Shown piece after piece: positions 35,423 through 45,596 of a stretch of DNA of 64,000 nucleotides (position 1 is its first letter; every line of letters begins with the position of its first letter). The stretch lies in contig DAOVKJ010000001.1 in NCBI GenBank assembly GCA_030631845.1, positions 480 to 64,479 on the forward strand, read 5' to 3'. The notes under the pieces were generated by a model. That model had not been told where the DNA came from. It saw only the letters and a list, made by a program, of their open reading frames with translations, and searched no databases. Both the position numbers and the translations under genes were made by a program. This stretch comes from Bacteroidota bacterium (GTDB lineage Bacteria; Bacteroidota; Bacteroidia; Bacteroidales; GCA-2748055).

Positions 35423-36748
35423 ATGTCTCCAGCATTTCAGTTTCCCAACCAGCCTCTGGCCGATCGAATGCGTCCGGTTACCCTGGATGACTTTATCGGG
35501 CAGGAGCATCTGGTGGGTCACAATGCGGTTATACGCAAAATGGTGCTCTCGGGTTCGCTTAGTTCATTTATTTTATGGGGACCTCCCGGTGTGGGTAAAA
35601 CCACCCTGGCCAGCATTATCTCAAAACAGCTTGACCGCCCCTTCTACGGTCTGAGCGCTGTACAGTCGGGTGTTAAAGATGTTCGGGAGACCATCGAGAA
35701 GGCAAGAAAAACCCAGTTTTTCAACAAGCCCAATCCCGTTCTCTTTATTGATGAGATTCACCGCTTCTCAAAATCACAACAGGACTCCCTGCTGGGAGCA
35801 GTTGAACAGGGCATTGTTACCTTGATCGGGGCCACCACCGAAAATCCATCATTTGAGGTGATATCGCCGCTGCTCTCCCGCTGCCAGGTCTATATCCTGA
35901 ATCCGCTGTCGAAGGAGAACCTTGAATCGTTACTAAAACGCGCACTGGAGAAGGACCCCTACCTGAAAAAACTGAAGATCAAAATCCATGAAAACAAGGC
36001 GATGCTTCAATACTCCGGAGGGGATGCCAGGAAGCTTCTAAATACCCTGGAGGTGGTGGTCAAATCGGAGAGCTCAGGTGAAGATTTTAAAATGGAGCAG
36101 GTCATTGAGATTACCGATGAGATGGTCACCGACCGGCTTCAGGAGAACATGGCCATCTATGATAAAAATGGAGAGATGCATTATGATATTATCTCCGCAT
36201 TTATCAAATCGGTCAGGGGGAGTGATCCCGATGCAGCGGTCTACTGGCTGGCCAGGATGCTTGCCGGTGGCGAAGATGTGAAATTTATAGCCCGGAGGCT
36301 GGTGATACTGGCATCAGAAGATATTGGCCTGGCCAACCCCAATGCCCTGTTGATGGCAACCAACTGTTTCCAGGCGGTGCATATGATAGGGATGCCCGAG
36401 GCCAGGATCATACTCTCTGAAACAACCATCTACCTGGCCGCCTCGCCCAAAAGCAATTCTGCCTATGCAGCCATCGACCAGGCACTGCAAACAGTGCAGA
36501 AAACAGGAAATCTGGCCGTACCGCTCCATTTAAGGAACGCACCAACATCGCTGATGAAGGAGCTTGGGTATGGTGAAAATTACCAGTACGCTCACAATTA
36601 CAAAGATCATTTTGTCCGGGAAAACTACCTTCCGGAGGAGCTGGAATCGCTGCAATTTTTCCAGCCGGGGGAGAATCTCCGTGAAGAGGAGATGCGCAAA
36701 CGGCTCGATAATTTGTGGAAAGAGATGAAGAATTATGGCAAGAAATAA
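35423..36748 (+). CDS. rarA: Replication-associated recombination protein A (AAA+ ATPase)
   Basis: The Walker A motif is GPPGVGKTT and the Walker B motif is LFIDEIHRF. The C-terminal MgsA domain contains AVYWLARML. Confidence 0.95.
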   Translation: MSPAFQFPNQPLADRMRPVTLDDFIGQEHLVGHNAVIRKMVLSGSLSSFILWGPPGVGKTTLASIISKQLDRPFYGLSAVQSGVKDVRETIEKARKTQFFNKPNPVLFIDEIHRFSKSQQDSLLGAVEQGIVTLIGATTENPSFEVISPLLSRCQVYILNPLSKENLESLLKRALEKDPYLKKLKIKIHENKAMLQYSGGDARKLLNTLEVVVKSESSGEDFKMEQVIEITDEMVTDRLQENMAIYDKNGEMHYDIISAFIKSVRGSDPDAAVYWLARMLAGGEDVKFIARRLVILASEDIGLANPNALLMATNCFQAVHMIGMPEARIILSETTIYLAASPKSNSAYAAIDQALQTVQKTGNLAVPLHLRNAPTSLMKELGYGENYQYAHNYKDHFVRENYLPEELESLQFFQPGENLREEEMRKRLDNLWKEMKNYGKK

Positions 36749-37571
36749 AGATTTTAAAGGTGTGATCCCCTCCATCCGCTTTGATGAGGGAGATGGGTTT
36801 CTTCTGATCGCCGGACCCTGTGTTGTGGAAGGCAGGGATATGGTGATGAATATCGCTGAACATATCAACGGACTCAGTGAGAAATATCAGCTCCCTTTTG
36901 TTTTCAAAGCCTCATACAGAAAGGCCAACCGCTCCCGTATTGACTCTTTTACCGGGATTGGTGATGAGAAAGCCCTGAAAATCCTGAAGGAGGTGGGAGC
37001 GCAATTCTCCCTACCCGTAATCACCGATGTTCACACTCCGGAAGAGGCCGTAAAAGCGGCTGAATTTGTAGATATTCTACAGGTACCGGCCTTCCTGTGC
37101 CGGCAGACCGATCTCCTTGTGGCATGTGCCAAGACCGGTCGTGCCGTATCTGTTAAAAAGGGACAGTTTCTTTCACCGGATTCCATGAAGTTTGCCGTGG
37201 ATAAAGTGGTCGAATCGGGCAATAACAGGGTGTTGATCACAGAGCGGGGCACCACTTTTGGATACCAGGACCTGGTGGTTGACTTCAGGGGAATACCTGA
37301 GATGCAGCAATTTGGTTACCCGGTCATCCTGGATGTAACCCACTCTTTGCAGCAACCCAACCAGGCCAGTGGTGTGACGGGGGGTAAGCCTGAATTGATC
37401 GAAAGTTTAGCAAAGGCAGGGATAGCAGTTGGTGTAGATGGCATTTTCCTGGAGACTCATCCCGATCCTTCAAAAGCGAAATCGGATGGCGCCAACATGC
37501 TTCATTTGGAACTGTTGGACGAACTGCTGCGAAAACTGACCATGCTTAGAGATGTCATAATAAATATGTAA
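36735..37571 (+). CDS. kdsA: 3-deoxy-8-phosphooctulonate (KDO-8-P) synthase
   Basis: LIAGPCVVE, FKASYRKANRS and DVTHSLQ motifs are present. The protein is 278 aa. Confidence 0.9.
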   Translation: MARNKDFKGVIPSIRFDEGDGFLLIAGPCVVEGRDMVMNIAEHINGLSEKYQLPFVFKASYRKANRSRIDSFTGIGDEKALKILKEVGAQFSLPVITDVHTPEEAVKAAEFVDILQVPAFLCRQTDLLVACAKTGRAVSVKKGQFLSPDSMKFAVDKVVESGNNRVLITERGTTFGYQDLVVDFRGIPEMQQFGYPVILDVTHSLQQPNQASGVTGGKPELIESLAKAGIAVGVDGIFLETHPDPSKAKSDGANMLHLELLDELLRKLTMLRDVIINM

Positions 37572-37599
37572 ATTTGATTATAACTAAAAAAAAAATCCC

Positions 37600-38319
37600 A
37601 TGCGCATACTTACTATTTCTTTCGCAATTCTAGCTTTTACACTCTCCTCCCTCTCAGCACAGAACCTGGATAAGATATTGAATGATCACTATAAGGCCTC
37701 TGCCCAGGAGAAAATGGAAAAGATCACCTCCATCACCATATCCGGCAAAAACACCTTAGCTGCCATGGGAATAGAGACCGGTTTTAAACTCTACCAGTCA
37801 AGGCCCAATAACATTCGGGTAGAAGCGGATTTTGCAGGATCAAAGATTATCCAGACCTATAACGGCACAACGGGATGGATGTATGCACCGGCCATGGGCA
37901 TTACCCAACCCCAGGAAATGGGTAGCAATGAACTTCAATCCATATTGAGCCAGGCAGAATTTGATAGTCCGCTCTGGGACTATAAGGCGAAGGGAAAGAG
38001 CGTTGAACTATTAGGTGTCACTGAAGACGGATCTGCACATATGATAAAAGTTGTTACTGCTGAAGGTGATGAGATGACCCTTTGCATCAGCAAAGAGACC
38101 TTCCTGATCTCGAAGATCAAGTCCATTCAGATGGCGGGTGGTTCAGAAACAGACATTGAAGTGGAGATGAAGGATTATAAAAATGTAAAAGGAATCCCGA
38201 CACCGCACTATCTTGTTACCAAAATGGCAGGCCAGATTGTGAGCACCATCACCATTGAAACCGTCGAATTCAATAAGGTATTGGATCCCTCTCTCTTTGA
38301 GAAACCTGTTGTGGAGTAA
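37600..38319 (+). CDS. Secreted LolA-like / outer-membrane lipoprotein-sorting-like protein (hypothetical)
   Basis: The signal peptide is MRILTISFAILAFTLSSLSAQ. The beta-rich sequence resembles LolA-fold proteins. The family assignment is uncertain. Confidence 0.55.
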   Translation: MRILTISFAILAFTLSSLSAQNLDKILNDHYKASAQEKMEKITSITISGKNTLAAMGIETGFKLYQSRPNNIRVEADFAGSKIIQTYNGTTGWMYAPAMGITQPQEMGSNELQSILSQAEFDSPLWDYKAKGKSVELLGVTEDGSAHMIKVVTAEGDEMTLCISKETFLISKIKSIQMAGGSETDIEVEMKDYKNVKGIPTPHYLVTKMAGQIVSTITIETVEFNKVLDPSLFEKPVVE

Positions 38320-38321
38320 AA

Positions 38322-38653
38322 AATGCAGTAGTTGTTAAGCCAGGTTCTGTATCCTCCATAAGCAGGATCCCTGTCATTTTTCTGAGCGGCCTACCCCCCG
38401 GCAGAAGCGGGTAGCTTTTATTATACCGGTATACATGGCCTTTCAGCCCGCAGGACAAACAGCTGCAACGGTCACCCGCCACACCGGTGGGCTCTTACCC
38501 CACCTTCTCACCCTTACCCCCGTGAGGAGGCGGTTATTTTCTTCTTTGCACCCATGCCTTCACAGACATCTGTTTTTCAACAGTGCGGCACCCTGAGCTG
38601 CCCGGACTTTCCTCCACAGGCCGAAGCCTGCAGCGACAGGATCAACTACTGCA
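38322..38653 (-). ncRNA. rnpB: RNase P RNA, bacterial type A
   Basis: The minus strand reads GCAGTAGTTG...GGAGGAAAGTCCGGGC...GGTAAGGGTGAGAAGGTGGGGTAAGAGCCCACC...ACAGAACCTGGCTTAACAACTACTGC. The conserved P4 strands are present. P1 pairs 38643..38652 with 38325..38334, followed by a U-rich tail. Confidence 0.95.
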
Positions 38654-38708
38654 AAATTTTAAAGAACTATGCAAAAATAGTTAATTTTGCGGACATCATT
38701 AATAAACC

Positions 38709-39938
38709 ATGGCTGAGCCATCCTCCATCCGTCTTGAGAATTTCAAGTATGACCTGCCCGAATCGGGCATTGCCAGGTATCCCCTGGCCGACAGATCAGC
38801 CTCTAAACTGCTGCTCTACAAAGGGGGAACCATCTCCCACGACCGTTTCAGCCATCTGCCAGAACACCTGCCTGGTGACCCATGGTTGGTCTTCAACAAC
38901 ACCAGGGTGATCCAGGCCCGTCTCAGATTCAGAAAGGAGAGTGGCGCCCGCATTGAGATCTTCTGTCTTGTACCGATCGATCCTGCCGATTATGAGCTGG
39001 CTTTCCAGGCCGAAACCACAGCCACATGGCTCTGTCTGGTGGGTAATGTTAAGAAATGGAAAAGAGGTCCGGTCTCCCTGAAAACCCATATCAATGGTGC
39101 AGAAGTAAAGCTGGAGGCATTTCTGAAGGAGAGAAGCGGGGATGGATTTATGGTGTCGTTTCGATGGCGTCATCCCGGGGTGACCTTTGGAGAGATTATT
39201 GAACAGTCGGGGAGTACACCGATCCCACCCTATCTGAAGCGGGATGCAGAGGAGAGCGACAGGGAGCGTTACCAGACTATCTACAGCATGAACAATGGTT
39301 CGGTAGCAGCACCCACGGCCGGACTCCATTTTACCAGTGAGATGATGCAGCAGCTGGAGCAATCGGAGGTTCGGATGGAAAATATCACCCTCCATGTGGG
39401 TGCCGGTACATTTGTCCCGATCAAGGAGGAGAACGCCAGGAGCCACTCCATGCATTCGGAACTGGTGGTGGTAACCAGGAGTTTCCTGGAGCGGTGGCTG
39501 AAAAGGAACGATGGATTGATCGCAGTGGGCACCACAAGCACCCGCAGCCTGGAATCGCTCTACTGGCTGGGTATTAAAATAAAAGAGAAGGCCCCATCCA
39601 ACCCATCATCCCTGGCCATTGTACAGTGGGAGAATGAGAAGCTTCCGCAGACTATCCCTCTGTCAGAGAGTATTGAATCGCTGCTCGGGTTCTGTAAACT
39701 GCACGACCTGGAACATTTGCACTTCTCCACCCAGCTGATGATTGTGCCGGGATACCGGTTCAGAACCATCAGCGGCCTGCTTACCAATTTCCATATGCCG
39801 GGAAGCACACTGCTACTGTTGATTGCTGCATGGATTGGCGAGGATTGGAAGAGGGTGTATGCATATGCACTGAAGGAGAACTTCAGGTTCCTCAGCTATG
39901 GGGACAGCTCTCTGCTGCTCCCCCGGCTAAAGCAGTGA
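38709..39938 (+). CDS. queA: S-adenosylmethionine:tRNA ribosyltransferase-isomerase
   Basis: FKYDLPESGIARYPL, TAGLHFT and HVGAGTFVPIK motifs are present. At 409 aa it is longer than typical QueA proteins. Confidence 0.9.
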   Translation: MAEPSSIRLENFKYDLPESGIARYPLADRSASKLLLYKGGTISHDRFSHLPEHLPGDPWLVFNNTRVIQARLRFRKESGARIEIFCLVPIDPADYELAFQAETTATWLCLVGNVKKWKRGPVSLKTHINGAEVKLEAFLKERSGDGFMVSFRWRHPGVTFGEIIEQSGSTPIPPYLKRDAEESDRERYQTIYSMNNGSVAAPTAGLHFTSEMMQQLEQSEVRMENITLHVGAGTFVPIKEENARSHSMHSELVVVTRSFLERWLKRNDGLIAVGTTSTRSLESLYWLGIKIKEKAPSNPSSLAIVQWENEKLPQTIPLSESIESLLGFCKLHDLEHLHFSTQLMIVPGYRFRTISGLLTNFHMPGSTLLLLIAAWIGEDWKRVYAYALKENFRFLSYGDSSLLLPRLKQ

Positions 39939-40964
39939 GCTGAGAATGGAGGCGAAAGATTCGATATCCTCTTCGGTGGTATCAAATGAGCACATCCACC
40001 TTACTTCCGAACGCTCCTCATCCCAAACATAGAAGAAGAACTCCTTCTGCAGTGCCGGGATTATTTGTGGAGGAAGTGTCGCAAACAGAGCATTGGACTC
40101 CACCCGGCGGGTTACTGATACCCCTGGAATATCTTTGACAGCTGCATAAAGTTTCTGTGCCATCAGGTTGGCATGTCTGGCATTCTCTTTCCAGAGGTCA
40201 TTCTCCAGGAAAGCACTGAACTGGGCAGCAATGTATCGCATTTTTGAGGCCAGTTGCATTCCCTGTTTCCGGCGGTATTTGAAATCTTCGCAAAGGGATT
40301 TGTTGAAAAAGATGATCGCTTCACCATACATCATCCCGTTTTTGGTTCCCCCGAAGGAGAGTACATCCACCCCTGCCCCGCCTGTCATCTCATAGAGTCC
40401 GCAATCCAGCGACAGAGCTGCATTGCTGATCCTGGCCCCATCCATATGGAGCAGCATGCCGTGGTCGTGTGTGTAGTTGGCAATCTCCCTGATCTCATCG
40501 ATTGTATATACTGTACCCAACTCAGTGGCCTGTGTGATGGAGACCACCTTTGGCTGCACATGATGTTCAAAGCCAATACCATGCATATGAGAAGCGATCA
40601 TATCGACCGTCAGCTTCCCATCGGGTGTGTTGCAGGTCAGTAGTTTACAGCCTGAAAACTTCTCCGGGGCGCCACATTCATCCACATTGATGTGTGCTGT
40701 TTCGGGACAGATGACTGCATGATAGGGTTGCGTCACAGTTGAGAGTCCCAGCACATTGGCGGCGGTACCGATAAACACAAAAAAGACACCTGTCTCCTCT
40801 CCAAAGATTGCCCTGATCTCAGCGGTTGCCCTCTCTGTATAGGGGTCATCCCCATAGGCAACCACATGTCCCCCGTTTACCTCTGTAAGTGCTGCCAGAA
40901 TTCTGGGATGTACACCTGCATTGTTGTCGCTTGCAAATCCACGACTATTCATGTTACTGCTCAT
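39927..40964 (-). CDS. Low-specificity threonine aldolase (PLP-dependent beta-eliminating lyase family)
   Basis: 345 aa. FASDNNAGVHP is present, as is the PLP-lysine region SFGGTKNGMMYGEA. Confidence 0.85.
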   Translation of the reverse strand: MSSNMNSRGFASDNNAGVHPRILAALTEVNGGHVVAYGDDPYTERATAEIRAIFGEETGVFFVFIGTAANVLGLSTVTQPYHAVICPETAHINVDECGAPEKFSGCKLLTCNTPDGKLTVDMIASHMHGIGFEHHVQPKVVSITQATELGTVYTIDEIREIANYTHDHGMLLHMDGARISNAALSLDCGLYEMTGGAGVDVLSFGGTKNGMMYGEAIIFFNKSLCEDFKYRRKQGMQLASKMRYIAAQFSAFLENDLWKENARHANLMAQKLYAAVKDIPGVSVTRRVESNALFATLPPQIIPALQKEFFFYVWDEERSEVRWMCSFDTTEEDIESFASILSSLL

Positions 40965-40967
40965 ATC

Positions 40968-42557
40968 TTAAAATTTTTCATCATACCTGGTCCACAACAT
41001 ATCACCCAGCTCCCATGCTTTCTCCACTACTCTGTTGCCCCACTCCATGGTATGTCCCGTCAGGTAGTTGACAAGCTCCTCCTTTTTTCCCCTTTTGTAG
41101 AGCTCCAGCGCCTGCTCCTCAATAGCTGCCTGTTCGTCAAAGAGCTCCTCCTGCCAACTGTCCCACACCCCGTTTACATCGTAACGCATGTCGCCCCATC
41201 GCTGTGCAGTGAGTGTCCCCAACCTGTTAAAGGCCCACCAGGCTGATTCCCTACTGTACCCATTGGGACGCCCCGGGGTTTTATAAGATGCAGGAAGATC
41301 ACTTCCCGAACAGTAAACCGGCACATAGATGGAGGTGGCCACATTGTCCTGGGCCAGCCAGACCACTCCCCCTATCTCATCGGGCAACCACTCCCGGCAC
41401 TGTATAATGGTGGCATACATGGTGTACCACCGTGCAATGGTTCTCTCTCCGCGCCATCCCCATCCACCATTGATTCGAAAAAGCTTGTTCATATCATATG
41501 GCAGGTGTGGATTGGCCAGTGGTGAGATAACACTCTGCCCCTGCTCGTCGGTTACCACCATATCTTTGGTCATATCAAAGGGGGTTCCCTCGTAATAGTC
41601 CGAGAAGAGCATCCTTAAATCTACCAGCGAGACCAGAGTGTCAGGTTTTACAGAAAAGGGGTGGTTCTCAGCATTGGGATCAAGTTTCAGTGAAGGAGCC
41701 AGCAGATCGAATACTCTCCACTCTCTTCTCCTGGCTGCCAGTGAGGTTCGGCTGTGAGGGGCATAAACATAACAGAACACAAAGGGCTCCCCTTCCGACC
41801 ACCAGCCCGCTTCCGCGGCCACACTGTAAATATTTTTACTGGCCATAAAGTGGTCCCCATCCTCCAGGTCAATCTCCTTGATGGTGCTGGCATTGGCATT
41901 GACTGCAACATGGTCATCAGGCACCCGCTGGGCCACCCATACCGAACCGACCTTTCCCTCTCCCGGACCCATCATTTCGAGGTGCCAAACCTCTCTCTTA
42001 CCTGCAATGGTCAGACACTCTCCATAATCGTTCCAGCCATATTGTGCTGTCAGCTCTCCTGCCAGTTCAATAGCCTCCCGTGCTGTTTTGCAACGCTCCA
42101 GCATCAGGCGGCAGAGCCGCTGGCAGTCAATCAGTCCGGCGTCGGACTGCAGCTCCTCCCTTCCACCGAAGGTGGATTCTCCAATACCCAGCTGGTACTG
42201 GTTCATGGAAGGGTAGGCTGTATTGAGAAACTGGTAGGTCTCCCTTACCTGAGGAATCTCGCCAATGGGGAGATGACAATAGGTTGGCATGGCAAATGAG
42301 TCACAGGCCACCCTTTTATACATGGTGGTTGTGGCATTGCCAGGCTGTTTTTGGGCCGGAACAACATCCATCCAGGAGCGGGTGCGGTGACTGTCGTCGG
42401 TATGTGAGGTGATCACCGACCCGTCGATGGTCGCTCCTTTTCCGAGAGTGATGGAGGTGCATCCGTCGGCATACCCTCCTTCCCAGTCTGGCTGCTGAGC
42501 CGAAAGTATTACTGAAAACAGGAGTAGAGAAGCTGAGAGAACCGGACAAAATTTCAT
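40968..42557 (-). CDS. C69 family dipeptidase (secreted)
   Basis: A signal peptide is followed by the nucleophile Cys in DGCTSITLGKGATIDGSVITSHTDD. I prefer the start at 42557 (MKFCPVLSASLLLF...). Confidence 0.85.
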   Translation of the reverse strand: MKFCPVLSASLLLFSVILSAQQPDWEGGYADGCTSITLGKGATIDGSVITSHTDDSHRTRSWMDVVPAQKQPGNATTTMYKRVACDSFAMPTYCHLPIGEIPQVRETYQFLNTAYPSMNQYQLGIGESTFGGREELQSDAGLIDCQRLCRLMLERCKTAREAIELAGELTAQYGWNDYGECLTIAGKREVWHLEMMGPGEGKVGSVWVAQRVPDDHVAVNANASTIKEIDLEDGDHFMASKNIYSVAAEAGWWSEGEPFVFCYVYAPHSRTSLAARRREWRVFDLLAPSLKLDPNAENHPFSVKPDTLVSLVDLRMLFSDYYEGTPFDMTKDMVVTDEQGQSVISPLANPHLPYDMNKLFRINGGWGWRGERTIARWYTMYATIIQCREWLPDEIGGVVWLAQDNVATSIYVPVYCSGSDLPASYKTPGRPNGYSRESAWWAFNRLGTLTAQRWGDMRYDVNGVWDSWQEELFDEQAAIEEQALELYKRGKKEELVNYLTGHTMEWGNRVVEKAWELGDMLWTRYDEKF

Positions 42558-42666
42558 GCAATATTTGTTTAAAATGAGAGTTACGAATATAGTCATATCC
42601 TCTAACAGAACGGTTTCATATGCGCCATTTTTACTTTCTTTGCAGTTACATTATTAAAGGGGCAAA

Positions 42667-43914
42667 GTGACTCATTTCAGACTAATCATACTGACCATTG
42701 TTTTGATGGGTCTATCCTCCTGCTATAAGGAGGTTGAATTGCCGATCAATATAGGAGAGGTGTTTGAACTGTCGGTCACGCCCGAAATGCAGGAGTTTAT
42801 CTATAACAGCAGGGATACATCCTATACTATTGAAGAACCTGGCATGGCGTTTCTTCTGGATGATCAGCCACTGGCTCTGGATGAAATCAGAACCCGCGGC
42901 AAAAGTGCCCTGAGGTTTCAGCGGAAGAGTTTTACGGTGATCTTAAATGAACCGATCTCCATCTCAGGAGGGAACGGATCAGAGAGAAAGCTTCTTACCC
43001 GCTTCAAGTTGATTGCCATGGCCATGGATTATACCTATATAGAGAACCGGATTGGGTTTGGCATTCTGGAGAAGCAGGAGATTATGCCACTGTTTTACAG
43101 ATATGTGGAGCTGAAAATTAATAGAGCCACCCAGGGAATCTATCTGCTGGTGGAAGATCCTGAAAAATACTATATGGAGTGTGGTTCAGAATTTATTCTT
43201 CGCCGGGGATACTACAATAGCATTGTAGATGCTGAATATGCACCCTCCTTCCATTTCATTCCAAGGGAAAGCTATGAAACAAGGTTCAGGGAGATCTACG
43301 CCAACCTTACCCTTCTCCAGGGAGAAGCACTCTATGATGCATTGAATCAAAGATTGGATCTGGAGCAGTATTTCCGGAAGATGGGTATTGATTACCTGCT
43401 GCAAAATGGCGATTATACAGATGAGATATACTTCTATGCCTTAATCCGGCAGGATCAAATCCGCTTCAGCATCATTCCCTGGGATTATGATGACCTCTTC
43501 AGAAACTATCCGCATGAAGTGGGCATCACCTGGGGTACAGGTAAACTGTTTGGCGACCGCTATTATGGTTCCCACCAGGATATTCTGGATGAGATAGGTG
43601 AGAAGATGATCTTCTCCATCGAAGATGACCTGGATTATGCCATTGCCATGGATCCGTTTCTCTATACCCGCTATGAAAGCTGCCTTGCCGGTATGGTAGA
43701 GAAGATGAATCCGGAAGATTTCGATGACCTGTTTGCGCAGGTGAAAAAGGAACTGACCCCCTTCTATACAGATGAGGAGATGGTTTCGCAATCCCAATAC
43801 GACCAGCATGAAACCACCATCGAATTATGGGAAAGGAATATGGAGGAGAAAAAGGCGTTTCTAAAGGAGAGACTTGGGAATATGAAAGAGGAACTTAGGA
43901 AGATTCAACAATGA
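42667..43914 (+). CDS. CotH kinase-family lipoprotein (paralogue 1)
   Basis: The start codon is GTG and the lipobox is LMGLSSC. The CotH-type region reads YLLQNGDYTDEIYFYA...IIPWDYDDLF. Confidence 0.7.
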   Translation: MTHFRLIILTIVLMGLSSCYKEVELPINIGEVFELSVTPEMQEFIYNSRDTSYTIEEPGMAFLLDDQPLALDEIRTRGKSALRFQRKSFTVILNEPISISGGNGSERKLLTRFKLIAMAMDYTYIENRIGFGILEKQEIMPLFYRYVELKINRATQGIYLLVEDPEKYYMECGSEFILRRGYYNSIVDAEYAPSFHFIPRESYETRFREIYANLTLLQGEALYDALNQRLDLEQYFRKMGIDYLLQNGDYTDEIYFYALIRQDQIRFSIIPWDYDDLFRNYPHEVGITWGTGKLFGDRYYGSHQDILDEIGEKMIFSIEDDLDYAIAMDPFLYTRYESCLAGMVEKMNPEDFDDLFAQVKKELTPFYTDEEMVSQSQYDQHETTIELWERNMEEKKAFLKERLGNMKEELRKIQQ

Positions 43915-45596
43915 GATATATTGGCATCGTTCTATTCACACTGTTTGCACTCCTGTTTTCGTGCAACACAATTCCTTCGGATCTGACCCTGGATGATCTG
44001 GTCGACAAGGAGGACTATACCAGTGGAATGGTAGTTGATTGTAGTTCCTACATGGGAAAAATGGTGGAGCGGGTGCTGGTGAACGGGTCAGAAACCGATG
44101 ACCGGAAGATTCTCGAACTGCACACGGCCGGATACTACAGGATTGAGATTTACCTGAAAAGATCGGATCAAAACTCCCCAGAGGTGATCCGTTTGGTGAT
44201 CCTCGATCCGGAACGGGGTAATCCTGAATGGGGATTGCCCCCATGGACCCCACTGGTCCCTGAAAACGGAGAGCTCGGGGATCAACCGGTTAAATTGGTA
44301 CATCCTCCCTCTGTTCCTGCAAATATTGCCATACCGCTGATTGTCCTGGTTGGTGAGGAGCTTACAGTTTCAGATGATAATCTGGATGCAGAAATTGGTT
44401 CCTCTCAGTTCAGAATCAAACGGGGTGTGGGTTCAGTACAGATCCCGGGAGATGACAGTGAGATCGCATTGAAGATTGATCACAGGAACTTTCTTGTGAA
44501 TATCAACAGTATCGACAATCCTCCCTTATTACTGAGCGGTGAACTTGAAGCCGATAGACATATTCCGGCCGGAAGTTATATCAATATTCCAGGAGAACTG
44601 ACCATTCCTGAAGGGATTACACTGAGCATTGGCGGTGGCACCTTTATCACCATCGATCCTGAAGTCAATATCCGCAACAACGGATTGTTGTTTTTTGCAG
44701 GTTCGGCCAACACCCCTGTAACCATTACCTGTAGTGATGATGAGGCCTATTGGGGCGGGTTCATTGGAACCTCGGCCGGTAACCGGCTGGAGGCCACTTA
44801 CACCATCTTCTGCCGAAGCGGTCACCATACCGAAGGGGATTACAACTATGGCCATGCACACCGGCAGGCACTTTTCTATAGCGAAAACGGGGAGCTGGCA
44901 CTGGATCACTGTTACATAACCGACCACGTGGGACAGATCTTCTATCCGGTTTCATCCGCCCTGGAACTGACCGATTGTCTGATACAGAGAGCCAAAACCG
45001 GGGGACAGATGAATCAATCGGAACTTCTGATGGATCGTTGTGTCTTTACCGATTTTCCCGACGATAGTGATGACTACAGGGATGAGGATAATGACGGACT
45101 CTACCTGGACGAAACCAATGCGGTGATCAGCAACTCTGTTTTTATGTTTGCCAAGGATGACGGGCTCGACAGCGGGGCCAGCGGAGGTGGAGAGGTGATT
45201 ATTACCAATAGCAGGTTCGAATCCAATTTCCATGAGGGAGCCGCCCTTTCCAGCGGCCATTCTGCCGTAAAGCTGCACCGGATTACCAACTCACTCTTTA
45301 TCAACTGTGGACAGGGACTTGAACTGGGTTACAGCAGTCCGAACCACCATGTTGAAATAGAATCATGCAGCTTTATCAGGAACGGAATCGGGATCAGGTA
45401 TGGTGATTGCTACGATTTTCCTCACCACGGTTCTATACATGTTGCAAATTCAGAGAGCCTGGAGAACAGTGTGTATGATGTTTGGAACATGAACAGGGAA
45501 CACTGGGCTGCCGACACCTTTCAGATGACCTTCGATCAAGTGGTTGTAACCACGCCCAACTCCATGTATCCAGAACTGATTATAGATGAAAAATAG
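43911..45596 (+). CDS. Right-handed parallel beta-helix repeat lipoprotein (hypothetical)
   Basis: The lipobox is LLFSC. The C-terminal half has PbH1-like repeats (NSVFMFAKDDGLD, ITNSRFESNFHEGAAL, ITNSLFINCGQGLEL, IESCSFIRNGIGI). The start overlaps the upstream stop. Confidence 0.7.
   Translation: MRYIGIVLFTLFALLFSCNTIPSDLTLDDLVDKEDYTSGMVVDCSSYMGKMVERVLVNGSETDDRKILELHTAGYYRIEIYLKRSDQNSPEVIRLVILDPERGNPEWGLPPWTPLVPENGELGDQPVKLVHPPSVPANIAIPLIVLVGEELTVSDDNLDAEIGSSQFRIKRGVGSVQIPGDDSEIALKIDHRNFLVNINSIDNPPLLLSGELEADRHIPAGSYINIPGELTIPEGITLSIGGGTFITIDPEVNIRNNGLLFFAGSANTPVTITCSDDEAYWGGFIGTSAGNRLEATYTIFCRSGHHTEGDYNYGHAHRQALFYSENGELALDHCYITDHVGQIFYPVSSALELTDCLIQRAKTGGQMNQSELLMDRCVFTDFPDDSDDYRDEDNDGLYLDETNAVISNSVFMFAKDDGLDSGASGGGEVIITNSRFESNFHEGAALSSGHSAVKLHRITNSLFINCGQGLELGYSSPNHHVEIESCSFIRNGIGIRYGDCYDFPHHGSIHVANSESLENSVYDVWNMNREHWAADTFQMTFDQVVVTTPNSMYPELIIDEK

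Noticed and set aside
38270-38910. Track ORFs 38270..38482 (-) and 38554..38910 (+)
   Set aside because: They overlap the RNase P RNA gene and the queA 5' region, so the RNA motifs explain this sequence.
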